Positions 1-10,519 are shown, numbered from the stretch's first letter. The stretch is DNA of 17,526 nucleotides from Octopus sinensis (GCF_006345805.1 NW_021824870.1:1-17526); one strand, 5' to 3'. Notes: generated by a model not told the origin, from the sequence alone. Numbers and translations: made by a program.

Positions 1-204
1 CGACGCTTTTTTTCTTTCTCTGCGTCGCTCTTCACTACAAACCCCTTCAACCCAACTCACACTCAAATTTTTTTCAAAATGGTTGGACGGTTCAATGGGA
101 GTTTTGCTTAAATAAGCGTGTAATAACTATTTTGTCAGGAGGAGAAAAAAAAAACTGAAAACAATATAAATATATAAGTGCAAGTGGAAAACATACATAC
201 ATAC

Positions 205-563
205 GTGTGTGTGTGTGTGTGTGCGTGTGTGCGTGTGTGTGCGTGTGTGTGTGTGTGTGTGCGTGTGTGTGTGCGTGTGTGGTGTGTGTGTGTGTGTGTG
301 TGTCGTGTGTGCGTGTGTGTTGTGCGTGTTGTGTGTGCGCGTGTATGTGTGTGTGGTGTGTGTCTGTGTGTGTGCGTGTGTGTGTGCGTGCGTGCGTGTG
401 TATGTGTGTGTGTGTGTGTGTGTGTGCGTGTGTGTGGTGTGTGTGCGTGCGTGTGGTGTGTGCGTGTGTGTGTGTGCGTGCGTGTGTGTGTGTGTGTGTG
501 TGCGTGTGTGTGCGTGCGTGTGTGTGTGCGCGTGTGTGTGTGTGCGCGTGTGTGTGTGTGTGC

Positions 564-597
<34 letters not shown>
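205..597. repeat. Imperfect (GT)n microsatellite with GC interruptions
   Basis: Read directly. The ORFs at 178-630 are VC/CV translations of this repeat. Confidence 0.97.
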
Positions 598-598
<1 letters not shown>

Positions 599-884
599 TG
601 GACGAATATAAAATGTTATTTAAAAAATAAGTTGCACAAGACTTAAAAAATCAGAATCAAATTGTAAATATATTTTGACTTAAGGATTGTCTGTTCGTAC
701 GTAAAATGTTGAGAGAAAGAGAAAAAAAAAAAAAGGTAAAAGTGAGCTAGTTATAAATATTCATCGTCTCTTTTATCTATTTATTTATATTTCTTTCTTC
801 CGATCTTATCTTGTAAAGTCATATAATATTTTGATTGGCAATAACTACAGCAACAACAAAGAATTTAGTGTCAAATAACGGTAA

Positions 885-926
885 ATTATTATTATTATTA
901 TTACCATTATTATTATCATTATTATC

Positions 927-970
<44 letters not shown>

Positions 971-978
971 CATTATTA

Positions 979-1025
<47 letters not shown>

Positions 1026-1142
1026 GTTATTATTATCATCATTATTATTATCATTATTATTATTATTATTATTATTATTGTTATTATTATATTATTATTA
1101 TTTTATATCATTATTATTATTATTATTTTATTATCATTATCA

Positions 1143-1188
<46 letters not shown>

Positions 1189-1189
1189 C

Positions 1190-1221
<32 letters not shown>

Positions 1222-1232
1222 TATTATTATTA

Positions 1233-1267
<35 letters not shown>

Positions 1268-1374
1268 CATTAGTTATTATTATCATTATTATTATTATTA
1301 CCATTATTATTATTATTATCATTATTATTATTATTATTATTACCATTATTATTATTATTATCATTATTATTATT
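885..1374. repeat. (ATT)n/(ATC)n trinucleotide array
   Basis: Read directly. Explains the poly-L/Y/I ORFs. Confidence 0.97.
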
Positions 1375-1708
1375 GAAATTGTAAAAGAGAAATAAATATT
1401 GAAAGAATGGAAATATGGTTGAAATCTAGCAAGGAAAACTTGAAATATTCAACCGAAAGAAAGACCGTCCTTAAAAATTGACGAAAAGTGCTTATTGTCG
1501 TCTGCTTTTACTCTTCAAAAACATTGTGTGAACACACTTAAACTGAATATCTTGCCGAACGTTGTCAGCTTCGGTTAATTCTAAAGATGGTCCAACTGTC
1601 ATAGATATTTACAGGAATAAATAATAAGCGGAATAAATTTCGCTTCAAATTCTAACACCCTGTTTTATATTATTTCTTATATTTTATCTAAAAAAACGAT
1701 GTTGGTGT

Positions 1709-1903
1709 CATGATGATGATGATGATGGTGAAGGTGGTTATGGTAGTGGTGGTGGTAATAACAATAATAATAATAATAATAAGGAGGAGGAGGAGGAGGA
1801 GGAGGAGGGGAGGAGGAAGAAGAAGAAGAAGAAGAAGCAGAAGAAGGAGAGGAAGAAGAAGAAGCAGAAGAAGAAGAAGAAGAAGAAAAGCAAAGAAAGA
1901 AGA

Positions 1904-1935
<32 letters not shown>

Positions 1936-2050
1936 AAAGAAGAAGAAGAGAAGAAGAAGAAGAAGAAGAAGAAGAAGCAGAAGAAGAAGCAGAAGAAGAA
2001 GAAGAAGAAGAAGAAGCAGAAGAAGAAGTGGAAGAAGAAGAAGAAGAAGA
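1709..2050. repeat. Compound trinucleotide array (GAT)-(GGT)-(AAT)-(GGA)-(GAA)n
   Basis: Read directly. About 270 bp is nearly pure purine. The ORF 1710-2201 is an artefact of it. Confidence 0.95.
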
Positions 2051-2269
2051 AAAAATAGCACCTGCTTTTTTTACCTACTTTATCGTTTTATGTCGACGAC
2101 TTGTTCTCGTATCACTTTGCTTTCTCCTTCTGTCTTTCCTCCTCTCTCTCTCTCCCTCATCCTCTCTCCTCTTTCTTTCTTTCTTTCTTTACCCTTTCTG
2201 AATTTCCCATTTCACGTAGCCTCACCCCTCAGCTTTCTCTGACCATGGCTGCCTTTCTTCCTATAACCT

Positions 2270-2684
2270 TTTCTTTTCGTTCTCTCTCTCTATCCCTTTC
2301 TCTCGCGCTCTCTCTCTCTCTCTCTGTCTTTATATCTCTCCCTTTCTCTTTGTGTCTCTCTCACTTTCAGTTTCATGCACGTATCATGCATATATATATA
2401 TATGTGTGTGCATGTGTGTACATCCATATATATGTGTATATATGTGTCTGTGCGCGCGTGTGTGTTTGTTTGTGCCTATATGTGTGTATGGGTATGTGTA
2501 TATGTATACATATATGTCCATATATATGCATATATATACCCAACTAAACATATATGCATACACACAAATACATATATATATATGCATTATATATATGTTA
2601 TATATATATATATACTGTAATATACATTACATATACAGATATATTACACATATATATATATATATATAAATAAATATATATAAA

Positions 2685-2721
<37 letters not shown>

Positions 2722-2785
2722 ATGTGTGTGTGTGTGTACAATAAATATATATGAACGTATATATATATATATATATATAATATAA
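2270..2785. repeat. (CT)n followed by (TA)/(TG)/(CA) compound microsatellite
   Basis: Read directly. Confidence 0.9.
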
Positions 2786-2840
2786 TTTATCTCTAGTTTC
2801 TTAGTGCCTTCTTCTTCTGTTCTCTCTGTGAATTTACCAG

Positions 2841-2967
2841 AAAGATTTACGAAGCCAAATTAACAAGAGTCTGCCGGTTCCAAACCCAAGCTATGGTTGA
2901 AGTATATTTCAAGCACGATATCGAGGATTTAGTTCATCTACAAAATACACTCCGTTCAATGAACCAG
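2841..2967 (+). CDS. Candidate internal coding exon (127 nt) of an unidentified gene: xKIYEAKLTRVCRFQTQAMVEVYFKHDIEDLVHLQNTLRSMNQ
   Basis: Long polypyrimidine tract (tttcttagtgccttcttcttctgttctctctgtgaatttacc) then AG at 2839-2840; donor CAG|GTGACA at 2967/2968. The frame from 2842 is open for 42 codons, the other two + frames contain stops, and the peptide is non-repetitive. Protein family not recognised. Confidence 0.55.
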
Positions 2968-3514
2968 GTGACAATGGCGGACTGTCTTTCTCACCTCTCA
3001 CATACACCAATGACGTGTGAAACGTTAACAATCCCTGTACACGCAGCAAAATTCAACTTCCTCTGGTTTCCTTTGTTTTCTTTTATTTTGTTTTGATGTG
3101 CGACAGAGTCTTATTTGATTATTATTTTTCATTTTAATATTGTTTTCTTACACTGACTAATATTTTTGTTTTAAATTTTTGTGACTTATAATTTTTTAGA
3201 TTTCATTTTCACTTTGTATTCTTCGTGTCTGAAACGAATTTTTTTTTTCCTCTCTTTCAATACGTCCTTCAGTTTCTTGAAATAATTTGTCGAAATATAT
3301 GAGAAAATCCTTCTATTTTTTTTCTTTAGAGTTATCATGAATTTTTATCAATTCCCAATGTCAAAAACTATTTGCTTGACACATTGGACGTGTTCATGTT
3401 TGTGACAATTTTCATTGCAAGCCTGTCACCATGTTTGTGTGTTTTTGAAAAACCTTTTAGTTCTCGTTCAGATGTATACATTTACCAGTCTTTATGCACA
3501 AAGATATTCACAGA

Positions 3515-3841
3515 AATACCACCCCCACACACACGCGCGCGCATGCACACACACATTCATTCCCAGGCACACAGGTACACACACAAACAAACACACGAAC
3601 ACACATACACAGACACAGACTTGTCTTTCTATTTGAATGTTTTGTCTGTATTTATGCATATACGTATGTACATGCCATCGCTTGCATCTGCAGATATATA
3701 TAAATATATACATATGTATGTATGTATGTATGTATGTATGTGGGTTTGTATGTTTTATGATGTATGTATGTATGAATGACACATACACACACATATATGT
3801 CTGTATATGTATATTTATATATATAATATTATATATATATA

Positions 3842-3934
<93 letters not shown>

Positions 3935-3935
3935 T
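3515..3935. repeat. (CA)n, (TATG)n and (TA)n microsatellites
   Basis: Read directly. Confidence 0.9.
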
Positions 3936-4138
3936 ACATGCATGTATAAGTATACATAGTGCAAGTATTAAGTTTTAAAAAACATTTTGATTACTGTTCA
4001 ACATGAGGAGAAACGTGTGTTAGCTGAAGGTCTATCACATATGTAAATGTAATATACGTAAGCTACACATCCATTCTTACTACCTGCAAAGCATTCCTGA
4101 TAACGCACGCAGACATTCATGCAAATCCATGCCTTGAT

Positions 4139-4163
4139 ATATACATACACATATATATACACG

Positions 4164-4259
<96 letters not shown>

Positions 4260-4498
4260 CATACATATACGCTATTGTACCTACCTACATATATTTATAT
4301 ACATGCGCAAAAACAAATTCATGCAAACAACATATATAAGTGCCTACCTCTACATACATGTGTATGTGGTGTGTCTATGTATATACATATACTCATGCAT
4401 GCAATCTGTCATTATATACATATATATATGTATGTACGTATGTATGTATGTATGTATGTATGTATGTATATTTGTATGGGTGTATATTTGCATAGCAG

Positions 4499-4553
<55 letters not shown>

Positions 4554-4620
4554 ATATGCACGTATGCATCTCTATAAATGCAATGATATATGAAGTATTT
4601 ATACATATATACATATACAT
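4139..4620. repeat. (TA)n/(TATG)n compound microsatellites
   Basis: Read directly. Confidence 0.9.
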
Positions 4621-4889
4621 ACAAGCAACATTCGTTAGCACATATAACTGTGCATGCAACACTTCAGCGTGATTCACGTGAATGCAATAAGAAGATAAAG
4701 CTATTTCAAATTGACAGATTATTTCTTTCTTTGTCTTATCATTTGTTGTATTTAAATCAAATTATTGCTTCAGTTAGAGAGATTCATGAATTTAACTTGG
4801 GAAATCACGAAGTAAAATGACTTAATCGTTATGTAACCTGGAGTTGATTTCACAATGTCCCACTTAGTATACACTATACATGGCTATGT

Positions 4890-5150
4890 GGAGGCGCTTG
4901 ACTTAGTGGTTAGAGTGTCAGCATCATGATTGCAAGATTGTGGTTTCGATTCCTGGACCGGGTGACGCGTTGTGTTCTTGAGCAAAACACTTCATTTGAA
5001 GTTGCTCCAGTTCACTCAGCTGGCAAAAATGAGTAACGCTGCGATGGACTGCCGTCCCGTCCAGCCGGGGAGCACATACGCCATTGAAATCGGGAAACCG
5101 GGCCCATGAGCCTGGCTAGGCTTTAAAAAAGGGCGCATTTATTATTTTTT
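4890..5150 (+). mobile_element. tRNA-derived SINE with CORE-like central domain
   Basis: GGAGGCGC start; A-box TGACTTAGTGG (4899-4909); B-box-like GTTTCGATTCC (4943-4953). TTGTGTTCTTGAGCAAAACACTT...CTCCAGTTCACTCAGCTGGCAAAAATGAGT resembles the CORE consensus TGTGACCTTGGGCAAGTCACTT...CTCAGTTTCCTCATCTGTAAAATGGG. AT-rich tail. Confidence 0.85.
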
Positions 5151-5486
5151 TATGCATGGTTATAGTGGGTATGGAGATTAGGTCATTGTACGGAGACGCT
5201 GAGATACACACACACACACACATATCCACACTCGCAGACTGCCACATACGCACCCACAGCCACGAACAGATGCACACACACAATTCTTTCATGTTTTTAT
5301 CTATGCGTTTATCTATACGAGTATATATACACATGCATATAGGCAATAGAAAATTCTCTTTACTTCTTAAACTACCATTTCCTATTTTTGGACGAATTGA
5401 CGAAGTCAGAAGGAGGTGGCAGCTATCAACTTTGATAAACTAAAGTTCGCTTGATTCAGATTGTACTGAGTTCATTCCAATGAGCA

Positions 5487-5489
<3 letters not shown>

Positions 5490-5546
<57 letters not shown>

Positions 5547-5700
5547 CATATACAATATTATACATATATGTATATATGTATATATACATATATATATACA
5601 TATATATATACATATACATATATTATACATATATGTATATATGTATATACATATATGTATGTGTGTATACATATTATGTATATACATATATGTATGCGTG
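5490..5700. repeat. (TA)/(TATG)/(CATA) microsatellite
   Basis: Read directly. Confidence 0.9.
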
Positions 5701-5702
5701 CA

Positions 5703-7045
5703 TGTCATTATTCAGTTTATTTCAAGATTTCTTGACAATAGAGAAAGAACCGGTTTCTAACCTAGATCCAAGTTTCATTCATTGGAATTTGAACATCAAC
5801 AACAGGATATTTTTGTTTGTATGTATGTATCTATATGTGCAGATTTCTATGTTTTATGTATGTATGTATGTATGTATGTATGTATGTATGTATGTATGTA
5901 TGTATGTATGTATGTATGTGTGGAGGCGCAATGGCCTAGTGGTTAGGGCAGCGGACTCGCGGTCGTAGGATCGCGGTTTCGATTTCCAGACCGGGCGTTG
6001 TGAGTGTTTATTGAGCGAAAACACCTAAAAGCTCCACGATGCTCCGGCAGGGGGTGTTGATCCCTGCTGTACTCTTTCACCACTCTTTCTTCTGTTGGCC
6101 TGCTTGCTTAGCCAGCGGGGTGGCGTCATTCGAAGGCTAAAACAATGCGATCGCATTGTGACCAGCGATGTGTAACTACATCTGATGTACTGGTCGGTCA
6201 CGTGATGGTGATGATGATGATGTATGTATGTATGTATGTATGTATGTATGTATGTATGTATTCTCATGTTTATAGTTACATATCTAGAAATGTTCATATA
6301 TATTGAAATTATAAACTTGAAAGTTTTACAGCTTTTTACAGTTCCATTGATGGATTGGATCTGTAGTCTTCGAATTAGCCTTCTTCTTTCTGGTTTTGAG
6401 AAGCCCAATTTCTCAAGATTGGTATTTTGACAGTGTGATACATATCTCAGAGCCCCAATAATTACAGGTATAAGCCTGAACTTAAAATCTGGATTGAGTA
6501 ACTGCAGATTTCTCAATAGTTCAGCATAGGTTTTCTCTTTTTCACTGATCTTCAGCTTTATGTTAACATCCACTGGGCAGCTAATTTCCACAATTGTGCA
6601 CAGTTTCTCTTATCTATCCCAAATCATTATATCAGGTCTGTTGTGCTTACATTTTATTGAGGTCTTCACTGGTACATTCTACCAGTATTCCTTTCCGTTA
6701 TGAGTGGCTCTGGCTTCTACCATATTGTAGGGGTTTTTTGTCCTCGGGTTATCCTTCCGACGGATTTCATTAAAGATTGTCCTAGCTACAACGTCATGTC
6801 TCATCTGTAGGTAATGCCGTGATGACATTTCGGACAGCTGCTTATGATGTGGATGATATCTTCAGTGTGAATGCCACAAAGTCTGCATCGGTTGTCACAT
6901 TGTACAGCTTTTCCCGTACCTCTATCCCTTGTGCGCATCAGGTAGGTACTTGTTTGATATTTCCTGTTCCTGGATTGCAAACGCACACCCTTTAAAATGG
7001 GAGATAGTAATCCAGATATTCGTCCAATATAAACGGCTCTGATGA
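5703..7045 (-). mobile_element. 5'-truncated non-LTR retrotransposon with restriction-like endonuclease (R4/Dong clade); C-terminal ORF remnant plus probable 3' UTR, interrupted by a SINE
   Basis: Minus-strand translation across frameshifts (about 7045-6310): ..SHFKGCAFAIQEQEI../..CRLCGIHTEDIIHIISSCPK (CCHC knuckle)/MSSRHYLQMRHDVVARTIF..EYW*NVPVKTSIKCKHNRPDIMIWDR*EKLCTIVEISCPVDVNIKLKISEKEKTYAELL..IPVIIGAL (PD..E..K RLE). Two stops and at least two frameshifts. Assigning 5703-5855 as the distal 3' UTR (minus-strand AATAAA near 5714-5719) is inference. Confidence 0.9.
5921..6221 (+). mobile_element. tRNA-derived SINE (possibly octopus OR2-like) with (GAT)n tail
   Basis: GGAGGCGCAATGGCCTAGTGGTTAGG (A box), GGTTTCGATTTCC (B box). 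The first ~160 nt are shared with the minus-strand copy at 14718-14882. Family name is from memory and unverified. Confidence 0.88.
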
Positions 7046-7127
7046 TGTATGTATGTATGTATGTATGTATGTATGTATGTATGTATGTATGTATGTGTGT
7101 GTGTGTATGTATGTATGTATGTATGTA
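7046..7127. repeat. (TATG)n microsatellite abutting the LINE 5' truncation
   Basis: Read directly. Confidence 0.95.
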
Positions 7128-7699
7128 TAACGTATGTGAGTGTGCTTGAGTGAGTAAGTGTATATCGGCATGTTCCATTTTATCAGAGTACATAAGATTC
7201 CAGTCAAGGAGATTTGGTTATTGATAAATAGTGATATAAGTTGACTAAGTGCAACGGAATAGCTGTTAGTCCTGGACAGAATGACAGTCAATGAAAATGT
7301 CATTTAACATAGAAGTAATCTGCGAGTAAGATAGAGGGGATTGGTGTGAATGTGAAGTTAAATACAATATAAATACACGGCAAGAACAGAGATAATCCAG
7401 CATGAACAAGGAAATCCTTTTAAAACTTAGTCAAGCCTCCACATTCGTCAAGCCAGTTGCATCTATACATGAAATGATTGATTTGGTATCAGGTATATAT
7501 ATATGCGGATAGGAAAGCCTCCTTTTTTCTGTCGAGGGCGTATGTGGCCCTTTATTAGACTCTTTTCCTTAGCCGTTGCACGGTGATTGCCATAAGCTTT
7601 AAGCTTATATAAAATACCATTATTATTGTTTACAGGATTGTAAATCACAGCGCCTTAATAAAAAAAATCATTTGTACCGAAGGCATATATATATATATA

Positions 7700-7888
7700 A
7701 TCAATAATTAAGGGTAAAATCAATTAGTTATGAATTAATTTCACCAAGTAGTGTTCAGTATGTAAAAGGACCATTCAAGGCGTATTCAAAATATTACTTT
7801 ATATAATTAAGGGCTCAGTAAAATAATTTACTTTGCCACATACTGACATTTTTAGAAATAGCAGCCAAAAAATTTTTCTTTAGCCATT
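7700..7888. repeat. Diverged partial copy of the repeat family at 10657-11608
   Basis: Aligns by eye to 11118-11313 (agggtaaaat..tttcaccaagta..cagtatgtaaa.ggaccatt.aaggcg.attcaaa..gggct.agtaaaata...tactttgccacatactga). Roughly 80% identical; stops before the ribozyme; flanked by (TA)n. Confidence 0.85.
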
Positions 7889-7889
7889 T

Positions 7890-8125
7890 CTACTACTTTA
7901 TATATATATACACACGCATATGTATGTGTATATATATGCATGTATGTACGTATGTATGCATGTATGTATGCATGCATGCATGTATGTGTGTATGTATGTA
8001 TGTATGTATGTATGCATGCATGCATGTGTGTATGTATGTATGTATGTATGTATGTATGTATGTATGTATGTATGTACGTATGTATGAATGGAGGCAGGCA
8101 TGTATGCTTGTATGTATGTACGTAC
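7890..8125. repeat. (TATG)/(CATG) microsatellite
   Basis: Read directly. Confidence 0.92.
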
Positions 8126-8177
8126 ATCTGCATTTATGTATCATTCACTGTGAAAAGAAATGGCAACATTTACAGAT

Positions 8178-8240
8178 TTGTTAGCATAATATGCTAACAA
8201 CCCTTATTCAAATTCCATTGGAATTTGAATAAGGGTTGTT
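8178..8240. repeat. Two overlapping perfect palindromes (11-bp arms 8178-8200; 22-bp arms 8196-8240), each with a 1-nt spacer
   Basis: TTGTTAGCATA-A-TATGCTAACAA and AACAACCCTTATTCAAATTCCA-T-TGGAATTTGAATAAGGGTTGTT, checked base by base. Confidence 0.95.
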
Positions 8241-8374
8241 TAAGGATTTGAACGACATACCCATGTTTCCAGAGGTGAATTATCCAAACCCCAAACAATT
8301 CCTCTAAACACATGGCTATGATGCTCCCCAATACTTCTGCTCGTGATCAGAGATGCACATATCGTCAGCCACTA

Positions 8375-9348
8375 GTTTCAATGCCGGAAGTTTCAATACG
8401 AACATTTCAGAGAGTTTGGGTGTCAATCTGAGGACAGTGCAGAGGATTCCGAAAGAGCTGGATGAGCCTAATGGGGATTAGGAAGGTACGGCAGCTCGGA
8501 AAACTCCCTCTGATTGTTCTGATAAGAAAAGAACTCTTGAAATTTTTGGTGTGATCCAGGCCATGATTGACAATGATCCCTCCAAGTCAATCAGGTTCAT
8601 CACTGGGGACATGGGAGTGTGTGAGATTCTTATCAGACAGGGAATGTACGAAGACATTCAGAATTCTCATACAAGTTGAGAAAGGGCCATTTGTACCCCC
8701 AAACCATCAAGGATAAGAAGAAAGATTGCGCTACGAAGCTTTTGAAGCATCTCCTTCAATAGTCAACATCATGATGCTTGGAGTGATCAGTAGTGATGGT
8801 GAGGTTTTTATGCCTCCATTCATCATCCCACACGGCCTCACATTCAACAGGGAGACCTACATCAAGTGCCTGGGGGAGGTAATGTTGTGCTGGATGAAGA
8901 GGATCGCTGCTGGAAGAACCTATGTCTGGCAACAGGACTGCAACATACCACACAAACAGATAAAACAAAGTCATGACTGACAGACAATTTCTGTGACCAC
9001 ATCACCCCTAACATCTGGCCACTTAACTTCCCAGACTGCATTGCCCTTGATTAATACGTGTGAGGCGCTTTTGAGCGAGAGATCAACAAAACTCCTTGCA
9101 ACACCAAATATGAACTGAAGGCAAGGATTATGGCAGCATTCACCATCTTAAACAAGGAAACCGTCCAGAGGAGTTTCAGGAGATTCCGATGTCGTCTGGA
9201 GGCCATGGTTGAAGCCAACGGCGATTTTATTGAATAAATTTACTCTTTAGTATTTCAGGATATTTCTATATAACTTTGATAAATACATAAGAAGTCAGTG
9301 TTATTTTCATTCTTGCGTATTACACGACAATTTATCACCGCTCCCCAG

Positions 9349-9350
<2 letters not shown>
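8375..9350 (+). mobile_element. Decayed Tc1/mariner DNA transposon (maT/DD37D-like), internally deleted transposase pseudogene
   Basis: HTH-like ISESLGVNLRTVQRI; VNIMMLGVISSDGEVFMPPF; YVWQQD; DHITPNIWPLNFPDCIALD*YV*G (degenerate WPxxSPDLNPLDY); RLEAMVEANGDFIE* (stop 9235-9237). Many stops and frameshifts; the first catalytic D region is missing near 8760. Left TIR not seen. Confidence 0.92.
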
Positions 9351-9420
<70 letters not shown>

Positions 9421-9422
<2 letters not shown>

Positions 9423-9676
9423 TTCAACCATTTTTGACGTCACTGCTTATAACGGAATATTTTAAAGAAACACTCATTATCGCTATGGGCTCTGTGTGGG
9501 CAGCCATTTAAAAGTTTTTGTCATCTTGATGCTGACATAAGTTCCTTGTTTTCCTGATGAGAAGGCGGCATAATGCACCCCTTATTTCTTCGAAATTAGG
9601 AATATGCAGCCTTCGAAACATATGTCGAGAATAAAGGAATTTTGTTGAATCGTCGTTCAACTCCATTCTTTCATTT
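9421..9676 (+). mobile_element. Non-coding hammerhead-bearing insert (PLE-derived or retrozyme-like) between two (TA)n tracts
   Basis: About 256 bp of complex sequence bounded by (TA)n at 9352-9420 and 9677-9695; contains a complete hammerhead; no ORF. Mobile status is inferred. Confidence 0.65.
9540..9641 (+). ncRNA. Type I hammerhead ribozyme
   Basis: Stem I 9540-9553 / 9627-9641 (14 pairs including G-U, one bulged A); core CTGATGA 9554-9560; stem II GAAGGC 9561-9566 / GCCTTC 9609-9614; GAAA 9615-9618; palindromic stem III ACATATGT 9618-9625; GUC cleavage predicted between 9626 and 9627. Confidence 0.9.
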
Positions 9677-9869
9677 ATATATATATATATATATACATAG
9701 CCTAGTCATTCAGGTTATTATCATCTTGTGCTCACTGTAGAGCAGTCGCTTGAAATTCATGGTTGTGGCCGTGCCCGCTCTTCCAGACTTTTTTCAGTGG
9801 GAGAACTGTTATACAGTGCGGCGGAATCACCAGCCAACGATTTCAAAGAAGATATAGATACGCAGATAG

Positions 9870-9877
9870 ACGAACAT

Positions 9878-9954
<77 letters not shown>

Positions 9955-10110
9955 CATACAGATGTTGTTATACGCACTCAAACACACACATACATACACA
10001 CACACAGCCACACAGACACACACACACACACATATATATATACAGACTCACACACACACATATATATATACACAGACACACACATATTTACATATATACT
10101 GTGAGTGTGT
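9870..10110. repeat. (GATA)n then (CA)n/(TA)n microsatellites
   Basis: Read directly. Confidence 0.93.
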
Positions 10111-10117
10111 GTGTATC

Positions 10118-10284
10118 GGTTTCAAATTTTGGCACAAGGCCAGCAATTCAGGTAAGTCGATTATACCGATGTGAGTGTTCGACTGGACCTTACTTTATCG
10201 ACCCGAAAAGATAAAAGGCGAAGTCGATCTCGGCGGTATTTGGACTCCGTAAAGACAGGCATGCTAAAGATTCTACAGCTCGCC
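10118..10284 (-). mobile_element. Degenerate, internally deleted tRNA-derived SINE (MetaSINE-like central domain)
   Basis: Minus strand: GGCGAGCTGTAGAATC head, GAGTCCAAATACCGCCGAG (B-box-like), then ATCGACTTCGCCTTTTATCTTTTCGGGTCGATAAAGTAAG, resembling the Meta domain GTCGACTCAGCCTTCCATCCTTCCGAGGTCGGTAAAATGAGTAC. Family assignment from memory. Confidence 0.7.
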
Positions 10285-10309
10285 TTATTTTCTTTCATCT
10301 ATTTATCTA

Positions 10310-10347
<38 letters not shown>

Positions 10348-10519
10348 TGTTGAAATAGAAAGATGAATTTTCTTGTTACAGATTATTCAAAAGTTTAACC
10401 GATACCTGGGTAGCAAAAATCACAGCAGAAAAAAGAAATTTGTGGCCTTTGAAACATGTGTAGAATGTAATAAAAGGAATTCTGTACAAGCTTCGTTCAA
10501 CTTCATTTCTTTCCATTCA

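Noticed and set aside
1490-1625. Short open frames on both strands (SVNSKDGPTVIDIY on +; GPSLELTEADNVRQDIQF on -)
   Set aside because: Under 40 codons with an incomplete or weak splice-site pair.
178-2669. Long ORFs (VC repeats, poly-L/Y/I, poly-R/E/K)
   Set aside because: Translations of (GT)n, (ATT)n, (GAA)n and (TA)n microsatellites, which lack stops in some frames. The same applies to most other ORFs in the track.
4774-4811. Micro-exon LERFMNLTWEIT (cag|TTA...GAA|gtaaaa)
   Set aside because: Only 38 nt with a weak donor; expected by chance in AT-rich DNA.
5921-5996. tRNA gene
   Set aside because: Has A and B boxes, but no proper acceptor stem or poly-T terminator, and it continues into a repeated body; it is a SINE head.
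7039-7045. CTGATGA hammerhead-core match
   Set aside because: Followed by (TATG)n, with no GAAA or stems.
7400-7491. Mini-ORF MNKEILLKLSQASTFVKPVASIHEMIDLVS ending at CAG|GTATAT
   Set aside because: No polypyrimidine tract, short, no recognisable homology; not distinguishable from chance.
7588-7606. Palindrome ATAAGCTT-T-AAGCTTAT
   Set aside because: 8-bp arms in AT-rich DNA with no supporting context.
8262-8368. Minus-strand CTGACGA ... GAAAC resembling a hammerhead
   Set aside because: No stem II closing pair, no stem III/UH and no stem I complementarity; part of a probable SINE-like fragment.
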